In this document: one piece after another, positions 50,127 through 50,513 of the stretch
How the letters are laid out: each line of letters starts with the position of its first letter
Numbering within the stretch: position 1 is the first letter of the stretch
IMG/VR virus record: IMGVR_UViG_3300002098_000051
Coordinates: 1-50,513 of that record
Strand: one strand, 5' to 3'
DNA: 50,513 nucleotides
Source: a virus
Program-made: the position numbers and the translations under genes
The notes under the pieces: model-generated
Database searches by the model: none
What the model was told of the DNA's origin: nothing
What the model saw: only the letters and a program-made list of their open reading frames with translations

Positions 50127-50513
50127 ATGAACAAGACACAAATTTTCAACTCTTATGTAGAGTTTCTGCAACGCGCCGACAAAAATATAAACGGCGTTAG
50201 TGTTTCTTTCTCGCAAAACAACGAACTGTACGAAGAAGAAAATGAAAAAAATGAAGGATGCTGGAATTGCAGCGATTGTAGCCGTTGTAGCGGTTGTAGC
50301 CGTTGTAACGGTTGTAGCGGTTGTAGTGATTGTAGCGGTTGTAGTGGTTGTAGCGGTTGTAGTGATTGTAGCGGTTGTAGCGGTTGTAACGGTTGTAACG
50401 GTTGTAGTGATTGTAGCCGTTGTAGCGATTGTAGTGATTGTAGCGGTTGTAGCGGTTGTAACGGTTGTAGTGATTGTAGCGGTTGTAGCGGTTGTAACGG
50501 TTGTAGTGATTGT
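50127..50513 (+). CDS. 5' part of junction-spanning gene: 44-aa acidic N-terminus, then (Cys-X-X)n repeats, running off the right edge
   Basis: ATG at 50127 follows an A-rich leader. Reads MNKTQIFNSYVEFLQRADKNINGVSVSFSQNNELYEEENEKNEG, then CWN CSD CSR CSG.... The 387 nt are exactly 129 codons, so frame +1 at base 1 continues it. Confidence 0.75.
   Translation, partial: MNKTQIFNSYVEFLQRADKNINGVSVSFSQNNELYEEENEKNEGCWNCSDCSRCSGCSRCNGCSGCSDCSGCSGCSGCSDCSGCSGCNGCNGCSDCSRCSDCSDCSGCSGCNGCSDCSGCSGCNGCSDC
50259..50513 (+). repeat. 9-bp-period tandem repeat array, right-edge part
   Basis: 28 units of TGY-NNN-NNN. The final 81 nt are identical to bases 1-81. Confidence 0.97.

Noticed and set aside
1-50513. 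Lysogeny module, tRNAs, CRISPR, transposase/IS elements
   Set aside because: No integrase, recombinase or repressor-like ORF was recognised. No tRNA-like T-arm sequence or spacer-repeat array was seen in the non-coding gaps. This is absence of evidence by eye only; tRNAscan and HMM searches should confirm it.

Overview
The window reads as one complete, circularly permuted genome (about 50.4-50.5 kb) of a tailed dsDNA phage. The last 81 nt (50433-50513) are identical to the first 81 nt, and one gene (50127..50513 plus 1..780) spans the junction inside a 9-bp-period tandem repeat.

Layout:
- Minus-strand replication/modification block (1961-9796): primase-helicase, two paralogous amino-methyltransferases flanking an SF2 helicase, and a beta sliding clamp.
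- Plus-strand recombination block (9898-15742): SSB, RecT-like protein, KTSC protein, histone-like protein and a PD-(D/E)XK nuclease.
- Long minus-strand late block (15739-41679): GH19 endolysin and holin candidate, tail fibre, baseplate, tape measure preceded by a -1 frameshift chaperone pair, capsid, scaffold, portal, TerL and RNase H.
- Plus-strand accessory blocks (41775-43287, 44374-47191, and 48220 through the junction to 1964).
- TerS (47178..47762, minus strand) lies about 8.5 kb from TerL, next to an approximately 450-bp non-coding repeat region.

A-rich leaders without Shine-Dalgarno sequences, plus TAnnTTTG boxes, suggest a Bacteroidota host (inference). I saw no integrase, repressor, DNA polymerase, RNA polymerase, sigma factor, tRNA or CRISPR array.

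Most notable observations:
1. Nine sigma-54 (-24/-12) type promoter motifs with invariant spacing. All are on the plus strand, each directly upstream of an ORF, and two fire antisense into the late operon. No enhancer-binding protein is recognisable.
2. A junction-spanning gene encoding roughly 69-78 consecutive Cys-X-X units.
3. A conserved bidirectional promoter module built on a 33-bp A/T-tract element, present at three loci, with ATG exactly 4 nt after the box at two of them.
4. A conserved-looking Cys/His ORF with no canonical start codon.
5. A methyltransferase-helicase-methyltransferase cassette.

All family names come from motif recognition by eye and need HMM confirmation.
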